Shown piece by piece: positions 1 to 8,896 of a stretch of DNA of 32,000 nt. The notes under the pieces were generated by a model that had not been told where the DNA came from, ran no database searches, and saw only the letters and a list, made by a program, of their open reading frames with translations. Location of the stretch: positions 177,067 to 209,066 of the forward strand of contig JBHLKY010000006.1 in assembly GCA_048886185.1 (NCBI GenBank), read 5' to 3'. This stretch comes from Candidatus Hermodarchaeota archaeon (GTDB lineage: Archaea; Asgardarchaeota; Heimdallarchaeia; Hodarchaeales; Hodarchaeaceae). Positions within the stretch are counted from its first letter, which is position 1, and each line of letters begins with the position of its first letter. The translations under genes and the position numbers were made by a program.

Positions 1-506
1 TGCTCTTGCTGCCGCTTCTTTTCAAGTTGTCGCTGCTCTTCCTCCATAGCTTGACGTTCGTTAATCCTTTCTTTTAAACTATAAATTTCTGAATCTAGAT
101 TTCGTATATCATCCTCGGCTTTCTTAATGCTATTTTCTAAGGCATTTTTCTCTCTTTGAATCATTTTAGTTGTCTCTTCTAACGAATTTATATCGTTAGA
201 TAAGCTTGTGATCGAGTTCTCTATTGATAGCTTTTTCTCCTGTGATGATACTTTAGATAATTCTAACTCTGAAATTTGATCATTAATTGAATCAATGGAG
301 GTTTTTAATTCCAGAGTTCGTGATTCAAGATCTGATTCCTCCTTTTTCAAAGTTTCTCTAAGGTGCTTTAAATCACTTTGGAGCTCCTCGATCGTTTTTC
401 CTTTAACTTCTGGCGAGTCCTCTACAAGCTGTTTGACACTTGGAGGGGAACAAACTGGACAGGGTGGACGAATATAATATGAGCCACAACGGGAACATTT
501 GGGCAT
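1..506 (-). CDS. Zn-finger (CxxC-x8-CxxC) + coiled-coil protein, 3'-truncated by window edge (not in ORF track)
   Basis: Manual translation from ATG at 506 is open to base 1: MPKCSRCGSYYIRPPCPVCSPPSVKQLVEDSPEVKGKTIEELQSDLKHLRETLKKEESDLESRTLELKTSIDSINDQISELE...EEEQRQLEKKRQQE. It starts 2 nt after the stop of 509..982, its paralog. Confidence 0.88.
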   Translation of the reverse strand, partial: MPKCSRCGSYYIRPPCPVCSPPSVKQLVEDSPEVKGKTIEELQSDLKHLRETLKKEESDLESRTLELKTSIDSINDQISELELSKVSSQEKKLSIENSITSLSNDINSLEETTKMIQREKNALENSIKKAEDDIRNLDSEIYSLKERINERQAMEEEQRQLEKKRQQE

Positions 507-508
507 CT

Positions 509-982
509 TTAAGTCACTCCTAATTCTTCTTTTAACTTAGAAACTTCAGCCTCTTTTGCTGATACACTTGATTTCAATTTTGACATTCTAAATTTTAAAT
601 CAGCTAAATCTTGTTCAAGTTTCCCTCTTTCCTGAACAAGCTGTTCTTTTCTCCCCTGTTGGCTTTCTAAAGATGATTCAAGTTCAAAAACTTGAGAATT
701 TAGCTCATCTAATTCAATTTTTAATTTCTGTTGGATTTCTTTTTGTTTAGTAAAATCTCCTGTTAAGCTTTGGATTTCAATCGATTTCTCATCTTTGAGA
801 TTTTTAATCTTTTTTTCGATCTCCTCTATAGAATCGAGCAAATCTATCGGATCAATTATCCGAACAGTTTTACTTTCTTCCTTTTCTATCGTTTTTACGG
901 GAGAATCAGGGGAATCATCAGGTGTACAAAATGGACAGGACTTTTCTGAAAAGTAGGAGCCGCATTTCTGACAAATAGGCAT
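509..982 (-). CDS. Zn-finger (CxxC-x8-CxxC) + coiled-coil protein
   Basis: N-terminal MPICQKCGSYFSEKSCPFC, a short Pro/Asp/Ser linker, then ~110 aa of heptad-like E/K/L/Q sequence. Confidence 0.88.
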   Translation of the reverse strand: MPICQKCGSYFSEKSCPFCTPDDSPDSPVKTIEKEESKTVRIIDPIDLLDSIEEIEKKIKNLKDEKSIEIQSLTGDFTKQKEIQQKLKIELDELNSQVFELESSLESQQGRKEQLVQERGKLEQDLADLKFRMSKLKSSVSAKEAEVSKLKEELGVT

Positions 983-1110
983 ATCTATTCCTCACTTGAT
1001 TTAGATCATAACAATATAACTATATTCTTTTAACAATTTTTCTTTAAATTAATTGAAAAAAAGTTTTTTCATTGTCTTTTTTTCCAACATAAAATGGAGA
1101 AAAAAAATCG

Positions 1111-3741
1111 TTGGTTTTTATGTTTTCCTTACAATCAGTGTACACTACGTTATTCCTTTCGATTAAACAGAAGGATACAATACAAATATTATGTTTTTCT
1201 CGTGGAAATCTATCCCAAAGAAAACCAATGTATCGAGGAAGAATTGAATATCGTTTTAAACAAAAAAAATTTTGGCGACCATGGAGAATTTTTTGGGAAG
1301 AAAAGGGGAAATGGAAACCATTCCCTCCTAAAGACACAATTCAAGAAATTTTACGGAAATCAAAACACATCCTATTAAGTGAAGAACTTTCATATAAAGA
1401 AAAAGAAGGTTTAAAGGGTTTTTGCGAAGATTTTAACATTACAATCCCTCTTGAAGAAAAAAAGCTCTGTCCATTCTGTTTGATACATGATAAAATAACA
1501 TTATTATCATCTAAAAATAATTATTACGTCTATAATAGGACTGTTTGCAAGGTGTGTGCGATTCAAGAGTTAGAAAATGAGTTCAAAAGTAAAAAAATTA
1601 ATGTTCTTACAAACCCAGGGTTTAAAAAGTACACAATGTCCTTGTTAGATAGATTACATGATATTGAAAAAGTTTCAGCTGTTTTTGCTGGGGATTTGGC
1701 TTCTATTGGGGATTTTACATTAGTTCAAAAAATCGAGAAGATACCCGAACGAATGTTGAATCCTTACATTAAAGATGTATCTGAATTTTCCCTACCAAAA
1801 TTCCTTCTAGATTCAATAAAAGCTCGTGGAATAGAGACTTTCCTTCCCATTCAAGTCCAAGCACTTCAAAAAGGACTGTTAAAGAATAAGAACCAGTTGA
1901 TCATTGCAAGCACTAGTGCAGGAAAAACACTTATTGGTGAAATAGCAGGAATATCTCATGTGTTAAACAAAAGGAAATTTATATTTGCTGTTCCTCTAGT
2001 AGCTTTAGCAAATACAAAATTTGAAGAGTTCAAAAGAGCTTATGGAACGAGGTTTAAAATAGGATTACGCACTGGCCGATCAAGAATTTTTAACACTCTT
2101 GCAGAAAAAATCGCCTTTTATCGCGATAGATATTCGCTCAAAGACTCTGACATTATTGTCTCGACATATGAAGGTTTAGATCTCTTGATTAGAGCTGCTC
2201 AAGTTGATTTTGATACAATTGGGTGTATAGTTATAGATGAAGTGCAATCATTAGCAGATACTGATCGAGGACCAACGCTGGATTGTCTATTAGCAAAAAT
2301 AAGGATTTATGCTCGAAATGCACAAGTAATAGCGCTCTCTGCTACGATAGGAAACCCAATACAGTTTGCGAAAGATCTTTCATTAACTTTAGTAACGTTT
2401 GATGCGAGACCTATTCCTTTAGAAAAACATCTTCTCCTTTCGCGAACTGAGAATGAGAAAACACGCCAGATCTTAAAAATAGTTCAAAAAGAACACCAAA
2501 TAATTTCCAGTTGGGGTTATCATGGTCAAACAATTGTTTTTACTAACTCACGGAGGAAAACATCAGAAATTACAGAAGCATTACGCCATGGAGGCATAAA
2601 AAATGCCCATGCTTATCACTCAGGCCTTTCTTATGCCTTACGGAGACGAATTGAAACTGAGTTTGCTACTGGAAAGTGTTCACTTTTAGTAAGTACATAT
2701 GCATTGGGGGCTGGTGTTGATTTTCCTGCTTCACAAGTCATCTTTGAATCATTAATGATGGGTAATAGACTTTTAGATCCAAATAGTTTTTCTCAAATGT
2801 TAGGGAGAGCAGGGAGATTGGGAAAACATGATCGTGGTCGAGTTATACTCCTATGTTTAGGTGAATCTGTCTCTTCCACAGATCCTAGGTCAGAGATAGA
2901 GATAGCTTTTGAGCTTCTGAAAGCAGAATTATTACCAATAGAACCAAATCATGATATAAATTCATGCAGCGAACAGATCCTTTCGATTTGTTCAACAAAG
3001 AAACATACCTCTCCAACAATAGCAAAAAAGATTTATGAAACTATGATGGGAACAAGTAATTTCGAATTTATAGATGTTACAAACAAATTAATACAAAATT
3101 CCTTTCTTAGAATTATTGATAATTCAAAAAAAAGAGTACTTGTTTTAACTCCTTTAGGTCGGTCGGCAGTTCTATCTTTTTTCTCACCAGTTAAAACATT
3201 GTCAATTGTATCTTTCCTTCGGAGTAAAAGACACTTTCTTTCCATAGCTCTTGAGATGAGTCCACCTCAAAACATTTACTTATCCAAAAAGCTTCATCGA
3301 TACCTTGAGAAAACTTATCATATAAGGTTTTCAACACGATTGATAGATAGTCCAGTTCTCGACGTAATGTCCGCCTCTTTGAAGGGAAAAGAAGCTACTG
3401 AACTCAATAAATGGTGTATGGACGTTTTTTCAAAGTGGATACAACATTTTTTCAGTTGTACATGCCTAGAAAATCCATACTGTAATCACGGACAAGAGAA
3501 TATTGGGAGATATTTAGTAAATGAACGTCTTAATCAAAGAAATATCAATCAAATATCCGCAGGCTTGTCAAGATTTGAACTCCTCATCTATCCTGGTGAT
3601 GTCCTCTCTTTTCTCAATGGAATAATTCATGAGCTTGAAGGTATTCAACGAATTGCACGTGCAATAAACGAACATAAAATTGAAAAAATGATTTCTGTTT
3701 TGATTGAAAAGATCGAGACTCCCCTACAACCAAAAGCTTAA
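1111..3741 (+). CDS. Archaea-specific SF2 DEAD/DEAH-box helicase (COG1202-type, C-terminal DUF5814-like domain)
   Basis: Q motif FLPIQ, Walker A STSAGKT, PLVALAN, DEVQ, LSAT, YHSGL, STYALGAGVDFPA, QMLGRAGR, and C-terminal CTCLENPYCNH. TTG start with GGAG upstream. Confidence 0.9.
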   Translation: MVFMFSLQSVYTTLFLSIKQKDTIQILCFSRGNLSQRKPMYRGRIEYRFKQKKFWRPWRIFWEEKGKWKPFPPKDTIQEILRKSKHILLSEELSYKEKEGLKGFCEDFNITIPLEEKKLCPFCLIHDKITLLSSKNNYYVYNRTVCKVCAIQELENEFKSKKINVLTNPGFKKYTMSLLDRLHDIEKVSAVFAGDLASIGDFTLVQKIEKIPERMLNPYIKDVSEFSLPKFLLDSIKARGIETFLPIQVQALQKGLLKNKNQLIIASTSAGKTLIGEIAGISHVLNKRKFIFAVPLVALANTKFEEFKRAYGTRFKIGLRTGRSRIFNTLAEKIAFYRDRYSLKDSDIIVSTYEGLDLLIRAAQVDFDTIGCIVIDEVQSLADTDRGPTLDCLLAKIRIYARNAQVIALSATIGNPIQFAKDLSLTLVTFDARPIPLEKHLLLSRTENEKTRQILKIVQKEHQIISSWGYHGQTIVFTNSRRKTSEITEALRHGGIKNAHAYHSGLSYALRRRIETEFATGKCSLLVSTYALGAGVDFPASQVIFESLMMGNRLLDPNSFSQMLGRAGRLGKHDRGRVILLCLGESVSSTDPRSEIEIAFELLKAELLPIEPNHDINSCSEQILSICSTKKHTSPTIAKKIYETMMGTSNFEFIDVTNKLIQNSFLRIIDNSKKRVLVLTPLGRSAVLSFFSPVKTLSIVSFLRSKRHFLSIALEMSPPQNIYLSKKLHRYLEKTYHIRFSTRLIDSPVLDVMSASLKGKEATELNKWCMDVFSKWIQHFFSCTCLENPYCNHGQENIGRYLVNERLNQRNINQISAGLSRFELLIYPGDVLSFLNGIIHELEGIQRIARAINEHKIEKMISVLIEKIETPLQPKA

Positions 3742-3926
3742 TCTTCACTCCTATTCATTGAAGATGATTTTTTATAATATTTGATGAAGAAACCTAGTCC
3801 TATGAATGCAGTAAGAAATCCACCAGCATAGAAGATAGCTTCTACTAAGGTACTCATTGTACCACCTAGAAAGGCGATCGGTAATCCAATAATGATCAGT
3901 ATTGCTCCAGTTATCCGATCGTCCAT
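3738..3926 (-). CDS. Small two-TM membrane protein
   Basis: Two hydrophobic segments followed by a basic tail. ATG at 3926 (GAGG upstream) is preferred over TTG 3947. Last gene of the minus-strand operon; its stop overlaps the helicase stop. Confidence 0.7.
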   Translation of the reverse strand: MDDRITGAILIIIGLPIAFLGGTMSTLVEAIFYAGGFLTAFIGLGFFIKYYKKSSSMNRSED

Positions 3927-3943
3927 ATTTTTTCCTCTTTTAC

Positions 3944-5356
3944 TCAAAATGTGCTCTTTTCTATCTTTTTTCTTCTTGAAACTTCCTCTATTTCATCTGT
4001 GACAAGTTTAATTATGTACTCTTTATAGTATTGCATACGTTGATTAGATATCCCTTCTGCACGAATGGATAACACTGGTTCAGTACCACTTTTTCTCACT
4101 AAAATCCAACCATCTTCAAATTCAGCTCTGATTCCATCAATTGTAATAGATTTTGATGCTTCTCCTACTAATATTTCTGTAAGATTCAAAACGACGTCTG
4201 ATATAATTTCCTCAGGACAAGATATTCGAATTTCTTCAGTAACGGGATATTTGGGGAGACTCTGAACTAGTTTAGATAGTGTTTGCTCCTGATTTGAGAT
4301 GATTTCCAGCATTCTTAAGGCTGAAAAAATCGCATCATCAAATCCATAATATTCTAAGCCAAAATAATAGTGCCCACTTAACTCACCTGCAAAAGGAGAC
4401 CCTTTTCTTAGAAGAGCTTCATGAATCCAAGAATGACCTACTTGTGTAAATGTGACCTGCGCTCCTAATTTGGAGAGATATTCAAAAGTTGCTCTGGAGG
4501 TTTTAATATCAACCAATATCTCACTCTTTGGATATTTATGTAATAAATATTCTCCAAAAAGCATTATTACTTGATCAGGACTGATTATTTCCCCTTGATC
4601 GTCCACAAAACCCACTCGGTCACCATCAGCATCAAATCCAATTCCAATATCGAGTTTATTCTGCATTACAGCCTCTTGAACGTATCTAAGACATGAAGAT
4701 TTCGCAGGATCAGGAATCATCACTGGAAAATGCCCGTCTGGTTCAGTATGAAAAGCATGAACTTTCATTTGCTTTGACCTTAATATTTCAATAATTGGGT
4801 AGCATGTTCCATTTCCAATTTCTACTGCTAAATTCAAAGATTTTAACGGTTTAAAATTATCTTTCTGATATCGCCAGTATTGTGTGACATCGATATTCTG
4901 CAATGATGCGGGCTGCCCATAGTTCGTGCTCTTAAGTGGGAGTATAGTATTTTCCTCGATCATTTTTTTGATTTTTGAAAAAAAATTGTCAATATGAAAG
5001 GAAACACCAGCTCCATCACAAACTTTGATTCCATTGTAATCAATTGGATTATGACTTGCAGTTATCATGACACCACCATCTATTTCAGGATTTCTGACTG
5101 CTAAAAAATAAATAGTTGGAGTTGTACAGACCCCCACATCCTGAATATTGCATCCTGCTTCCATGAGACCTGCAGATAGAACTGATTTAATGATTGGTGA
5201 CGAAAGTCGGATATCATTCCCTATAACAATGGTTTTGCCGGTGCCAAAAAAGACACCAAAAGCCCGACCTATATTTAGTACTGTTTCTGAGGAAAATTGA
5301 GAGGGAAATTTCCCACGGATGTCGTAAGTTCGAAATATATGTTCATGAATTTTCAT
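3944..5356 (-). CDS. pmm: Phosphomannomutase/phosphoglucomutase (alpha-D-phosphohexomutase)
   Basis: FRTYDIRG, catalytic TASHNP, metal loop FDADGDR, GELSGH, RKSGTEP. Confidence 0.95.
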   Translation of the reverse strand: MKIHEHIFRTYDIRGKFPSQFSSETVLNIGRAFGVFFGTGKTIVIGNDIRLSSPIIKSVLSAGLMEAGCNIQDVGVCTTPTIYFLAVRNPEIDGGVMITASHNPIDYNGIKVCDGAGVSFHIDNFFSKIKKMIEENTILPLKSTNYGQPASLQNIDVTQYWRYQKDNFKPLKSLNLAVEIGNGTCYPIIEILRSKQMKVHAFHTEPDGHFPVMIPDPAKSSCLRYVQEAVMQNKLDIGIGFDADGDRVGFVDDQGEIISPDQVIMLFGEYLLHKYPKSEILVDIKTSRATFEYLSKLGAQVTFTQVGHSWIHEALLRKGSPFAGELSGHYYFGLEYYGFDDAIFSALRMLEIISNQEQTLSKLVQSLPKYPVTEEIRISCPEEIISDVVLNLTEILVGEASKSITIDGIRAEFEDGWILVRKSGTEPVLSIRAEGISNQRMQYYKEYIIKLVTDEIEEVSRRKKIEKSTF

Positions 5357-5392
5357 CTGATCACTTTACTCTAGGTATCTTTTTTCATTAAT

Positions 5393-6196
5393 TTATCTTG
5401 TAAATAATTTATTGTTGAAGTAGTTTTCAAGCGTCTTAGAAGGAGATCTGATTATCTGTTGAAGTGGAGGCCACGACCAAGAATACCGAATAAATGGAAA
5501 ATCTCTGTTCTTAATCTTATCATAATAAGCTTGGAGAAAACTCATCACATTAAGATCCAGCTTATTTGGATATCCTTGTCCCAAACAAGAATGAGGAAGA
5601 TCCCAATTCCGTTCTATTTCTCTTAAATGTTCATCACGACTATATTTTGCAACACAAGATGCAGCAGATACACTTGGAAAGAATCGATCAGCCTTTTCTG
5701 AAATTACAATCTTTTTTATACTATTATCAGGTTGTTTAATGAGAAAGCTTCCTGTTTTACTTTCATTGGATTCTAATTTAATATCTAATGTCTCATCTAG
5801 TTTATTTAGGGTTCCTATAAGATGTTTTATGAAGTATTGAGGTTTCGAAATTGAATCTATTATAATTTCTTTTGTTGAAAGTTTGTTTATAATTTGGCTA
5901 ATGTACCGAATCTCTAAGTAGTTCAAGTTATCATGAGGGCGGTTCTCAAGTGCCTGATCAATCTCTTTCGCAGTGATTTCTCTTATATATAACTCTGAAG
6001 CTAAGTTTTTAATTTTCAAGGCTAGTTCGGAACGCTTTTTACGACCTTGAAGAGTAGAAAACAGCTTGGAATCTTTTAAACCATTTTTCATTAATAGCTG
6101 TAAAGATTTCTCATCCAAGGTGACCCCCACAATGAATAGGGACCCAAAAACACTCCCTCGCCCAGCTTCATCAATTCCAGAGACGTTAAAAATCAA
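5393..6196 (-). CDS. rnhB: Ribonuclease HII
   Basis: GIDEAGRGSVFG, LKDSK, KADRFFPSVSAASCVAK, GQGYP. TTG start 2 nt after the egsA stop. Confidence 0.93.
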   Translation of the reverse strand: MIFNVSGIDEAGRGSVFGSLFIVGVTLDEKSLQLLMKNGLKDSKLFSTLQGRKKRSELALKIKNLASELYIREITAKEIDQALENRPHDNLNYLEIRYISQIINKLSTKEIIIDSISKPQYFIKHLIGTLNKLDETLDIKLESNESKTGSFLIKQPDNSIKKIVISEKADRFFPSVSAASCVAKYSRDEHLREIERNWDLPHSCLGQGYPNKLDLNVMSFLQAYYDKIKNRDFPFIRYSWSWPPLQQIIRSPSKTLENYFNNKLFTR

Positions 6197-6198
6197 AA

Positions 6199-7287
6199 TT
6201 AATCGATTCCAGTCATTTCAATAGCTTTTATCGCTGCTTGCTTTGTTAAACCCTCAGTCAATATTGTATAGCGTTCTGGACGAATTTTATGCGCTTCAAG
6301 CACAGCTTCTAATAAAGTTTCACGGTCGATTCCCAAATCAATTAACGTAACTGGAGCATCAACCTCGACAAGAACATTGCGAATTCGCTTCCAATCAGCT
6401 CCATGAAGGTACATCATTAATATTGAAAGCAATCCTGTTTGATGGCCATGGGCTATTTGAAGTTCATTATTATGTGTTATTTTATCTAAAGCATGACTAA
6501 CGAGGTGTTCTGACCCACTGGCAGGACGTGAAGAGCCAGCAATACACATAGCGACTCCACTGCTCCCTAATGCTTTTATTAAAACACGAGTTCCTTTTTC
6601 AGTAAAGAAAAACTTACCTAATGACTTAACTCCATCTTCGACCATATTTGCAGTCATTTCAGAAAATGTAGCAGCATATACATCAAAGTACTCTCCTTTC
6701 AAACGATGAGCTAGTTTCCAATCCCTTACTGCAACCCATTTTGCCAGAATATCTCCCACTCCTGCTTGTAATGACTCTTTAGGACCCTGACTGATTAATG
6801 TAGTATCTCCTACGATTGCAATCGGAGAAATTGGTTTATATGGGGGAGATTTTCTTAACTTTTCTTTTCTGATGATTTTCTCCCTCAGAATGAAATTGAT
6901 ATATGGACTAGAAAAACCATCATGGCTTGCATTAGTGGGTACCGCCATATATTCAGCCTGAGAGAGACTTGCAATGACTTTCACATAGTCGATGACTTTT
7001 CCTCCTCCCACAGCCATAAGATATATTTGTTTGTTGAGAATGGCCGAGGCTTGAGAGTGAAGAAATTCTAAATCTACCTTTTCAGGAAATACTGTATGGG
7101 AAAAATTTAATTTATCCTCTAATGTAGGGATGATAAGATCTGATGTAATCTTCTTTGTGTGAGTGTTACCACTAAAGATCTTAATATTTTCAATTCCCAT
7201 GTCCTTACAGACACTTGAGATTCTTTGAACGGCATTAGGCCCAAATGCTACTCGTCTAGGAACATTTATCTCCTGAATATGCTCTAT
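6199..7287 (-). CDS. egsA: sn-glycerol-1-phosphate dehydrogenase (NAD(P)+); start extended to a probable ATA at 7287
   Basis: GGGKVIDYVK, PTNASHDGFSSP, AGVGDILAK, SRPASGSEHLVSHALD, HGHQTG, RPERYTIL. The 29 in-frame codons upstream of ATG 7200 (IEHIQEINVPRRVAFGPNAVQRISSVCKD) resemble the family N-terminus and follow a GGAGG. The product is confident; the start is less so. Confidence 0.9.
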   Translation of the reverse strand: MEHIQEINVPRRVAFGPNAVQRISSVCKDMGIENIKIFSGNTHTKKITSDLIIPTLEDKLNFSHTVFPEKVDLEFLHSQASAILNKQIYLMAVGGGKVIDYVKVIASLSQAEYMAVPTNASHDGFSSPYINFILREKIIRKEKLRKSPPYKPISPIAIVGDTTLISQGPKESLQAGVGDILAKWVAVRDWKLAHRLKGEYFDVYAATFSEMTANMVEDGVKSLGKFFFTEKGTRVLIKALGSSGVAMCIAGSSRPASGSEHLVSHALDKITHNNELQIAHGHQTGLLSILMMYLHGADWKRIRNVLVEVDAPVTLIDLGIDRETLLEAVLEAHKIRPERYTILTEGLTKQAAIKAIEMTGID

Positions 7288-7320
7288 GGTTTAATCCTCC
7301 TTTTTTTATGAAATTCTATT

Positions 7321-8457
7321 TCAGAGATTATTCTCTTCAGTCACAGTAATGGATTCTTCCACAGTCTCAATCTCTTTTTTATGTGAAGATCCATTAGCTT
7401 TTTTAGACTCAGGGAAAATTCCTTTTCTTAATCGTATAACTTCCCGTCCTCCTAGCTTAAGAGTAGCATAACCACCAAAAAATCCTAACATTACAGATTT
7501 GGCAACACGGTCGATTAGAGCTATAAGAGCAGCATCTTGACCAGGGTAATTTGGGGAATTTGTAAGTATAAATGCTAATACAACCTCATATTCTCCCATT
7601 GCGCCAGGGAGAATGGGAATAATGAAAGTTACATTTCCTGCGCAGGATGCAGCGATTACCCAAGGAAAATCGATTAATGTGAGTATAGGGAAAACAGTAA
7701 TAGCAATCACATAAATCATTATACCTTCAATGATCCATATAGAGGCAGAGGTTATAATTCCGAGGATTAAATGAAATGGTTGCGATCGAAGCCCTTTGAT
7801 TCCTGTTTGAAATGCTTGATAAGCAGAATATAATCGTTTTTCAATAAACAAGGGGAATATTTGAAATAGCTTTTCAACTAAAACAGGTTTAAATATCATT
7901 ATACATACAACTATTAACCCAACAGCTGACCCAAGAAGAACAATAATTATAAATTGTTGAATAATCTCCAAATTCTCGTTTTGTAGTAAAGAGCTACCAA
8001 TAAAGAGCATACTGCCAGTTATTACAAAAAGTAACCCCACTATACTTAAAACCTGCTCAATCACAATTGAGGAAAGGGAATCAGAGTACTTTGTGTCATG
8101 ATTTCTTTTCAAAGCATACATACGAACCGCTTCACCTGCCCGTGCAATGGTAAACAGATTGATAGCTAATGCAGACACCACAGGTAAAATTAAAGATTTC
8201 AAAGGAAGATTTACACCTTGAATATTAAGCAGAATTTGCCATCGATATATTCTTATTGACATATCTATGATGTATAGTAATAACAAAAGCAAAGACAACA
8301 CAAGGAGTCCCCAAAAACCCAAATCGATTAAATAGTCAATTAGCCGCCGAGGTTGAATAAAAAGAATGATAGCTACTAGAACAACAAGAGTGATCGTATA
8401 TATTAATACTGAAGTTATGTTTTCACGTTGTACCATCAAGACCATCTTACATCTCAA
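7321..8457 (-). CDS. UPF0104 / lysylphosphatidylglycerol-synthase-TM (flippase-like) membrane protein
   Basis: Multi-TM protein with RIYRWQILL, NLFTIARAGEAVRMYAL, SIVIEQV and PILPGAMGEYE motifs. Exact start uncertain (TTG 8457 or a downstream ATG). Confidence 0.85.
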   Translation of the reverse strand: MRCKMVLMVQRENITSVLIYTITLVVLVAIILFIQPRRLIDYLIDLGFWGLLVLSLLLLLLYIIDMSIRIYRWQILLNIQGVNLPLKSLILPVVSALAINLFTIARAGEAVRMYALKRNHDTKYSDSLSSIVIEQVLSIVGLLFVITGSMLFIGSSLLQNENLEIIQQFIIIVLLGSAVGLIVVCIMIFKPVLVEKLFQIFPLFIEKRLYSAYQAFQTGIKGLRSQPFHLILGIITSASIWIIEGIMIYVIAITVFPILTLIDFPWVIAASCAGNVTFIIPILPGAMGEYEVVLAFILTNSPNYPGQDAALIALIDRVAKSVMLGFFGGYATLKLGGREVIRLRKGIFPESKKANGSSHKKEIETVEESITVTEENNL

Positions 8458-8896
8458 TTACATTGGAATTTCTAGCTTTAGATGAAGATTTCCAAACGGA
8501 TTGGGAAAATATTTTGCCATTATCAGAATAAATTTGTGTGGTAGTTGGAGAATGCTATATTTGGTTATTACTGATTCAATTAATAAAACTCCCTCTTGAT
8601 TCAATCTTTAAACTAATTATCTTTACGAGGGATTATTATCAGAGATATATTTTTTGACTCAAATTCGAGGTAGTTCCATAATATTTTTCTCTCCCTGTAA
8701 GCCTCTAAAGCTGCGTATTAAATTATCTTTATTTATAAGGAGGAATTTTGAATATTCATCAATATCAGTCCAAGAATACTCAGGATTAACTGAAGATTAT
8801 TTAAAGTAATGCAAGAAATATGTCTACTCGAATCTCGTATAAAGTCTCAAAATATGGAGGAATAAGTGAGTAATAGTTATTTGGAGAAAGGCATAA

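Noticed and set aside
295-477. + strand 60-aa ORF
   Set aside because: Antisense shadow of the real minus-strand Zn-finger/coiled-coil gene <1..506.
1044-1378. ORFs 1044..1337(-) and 1094..1378(+)
   Set aside because: They overlap the helicase 5' end in other frames and have no motifs.
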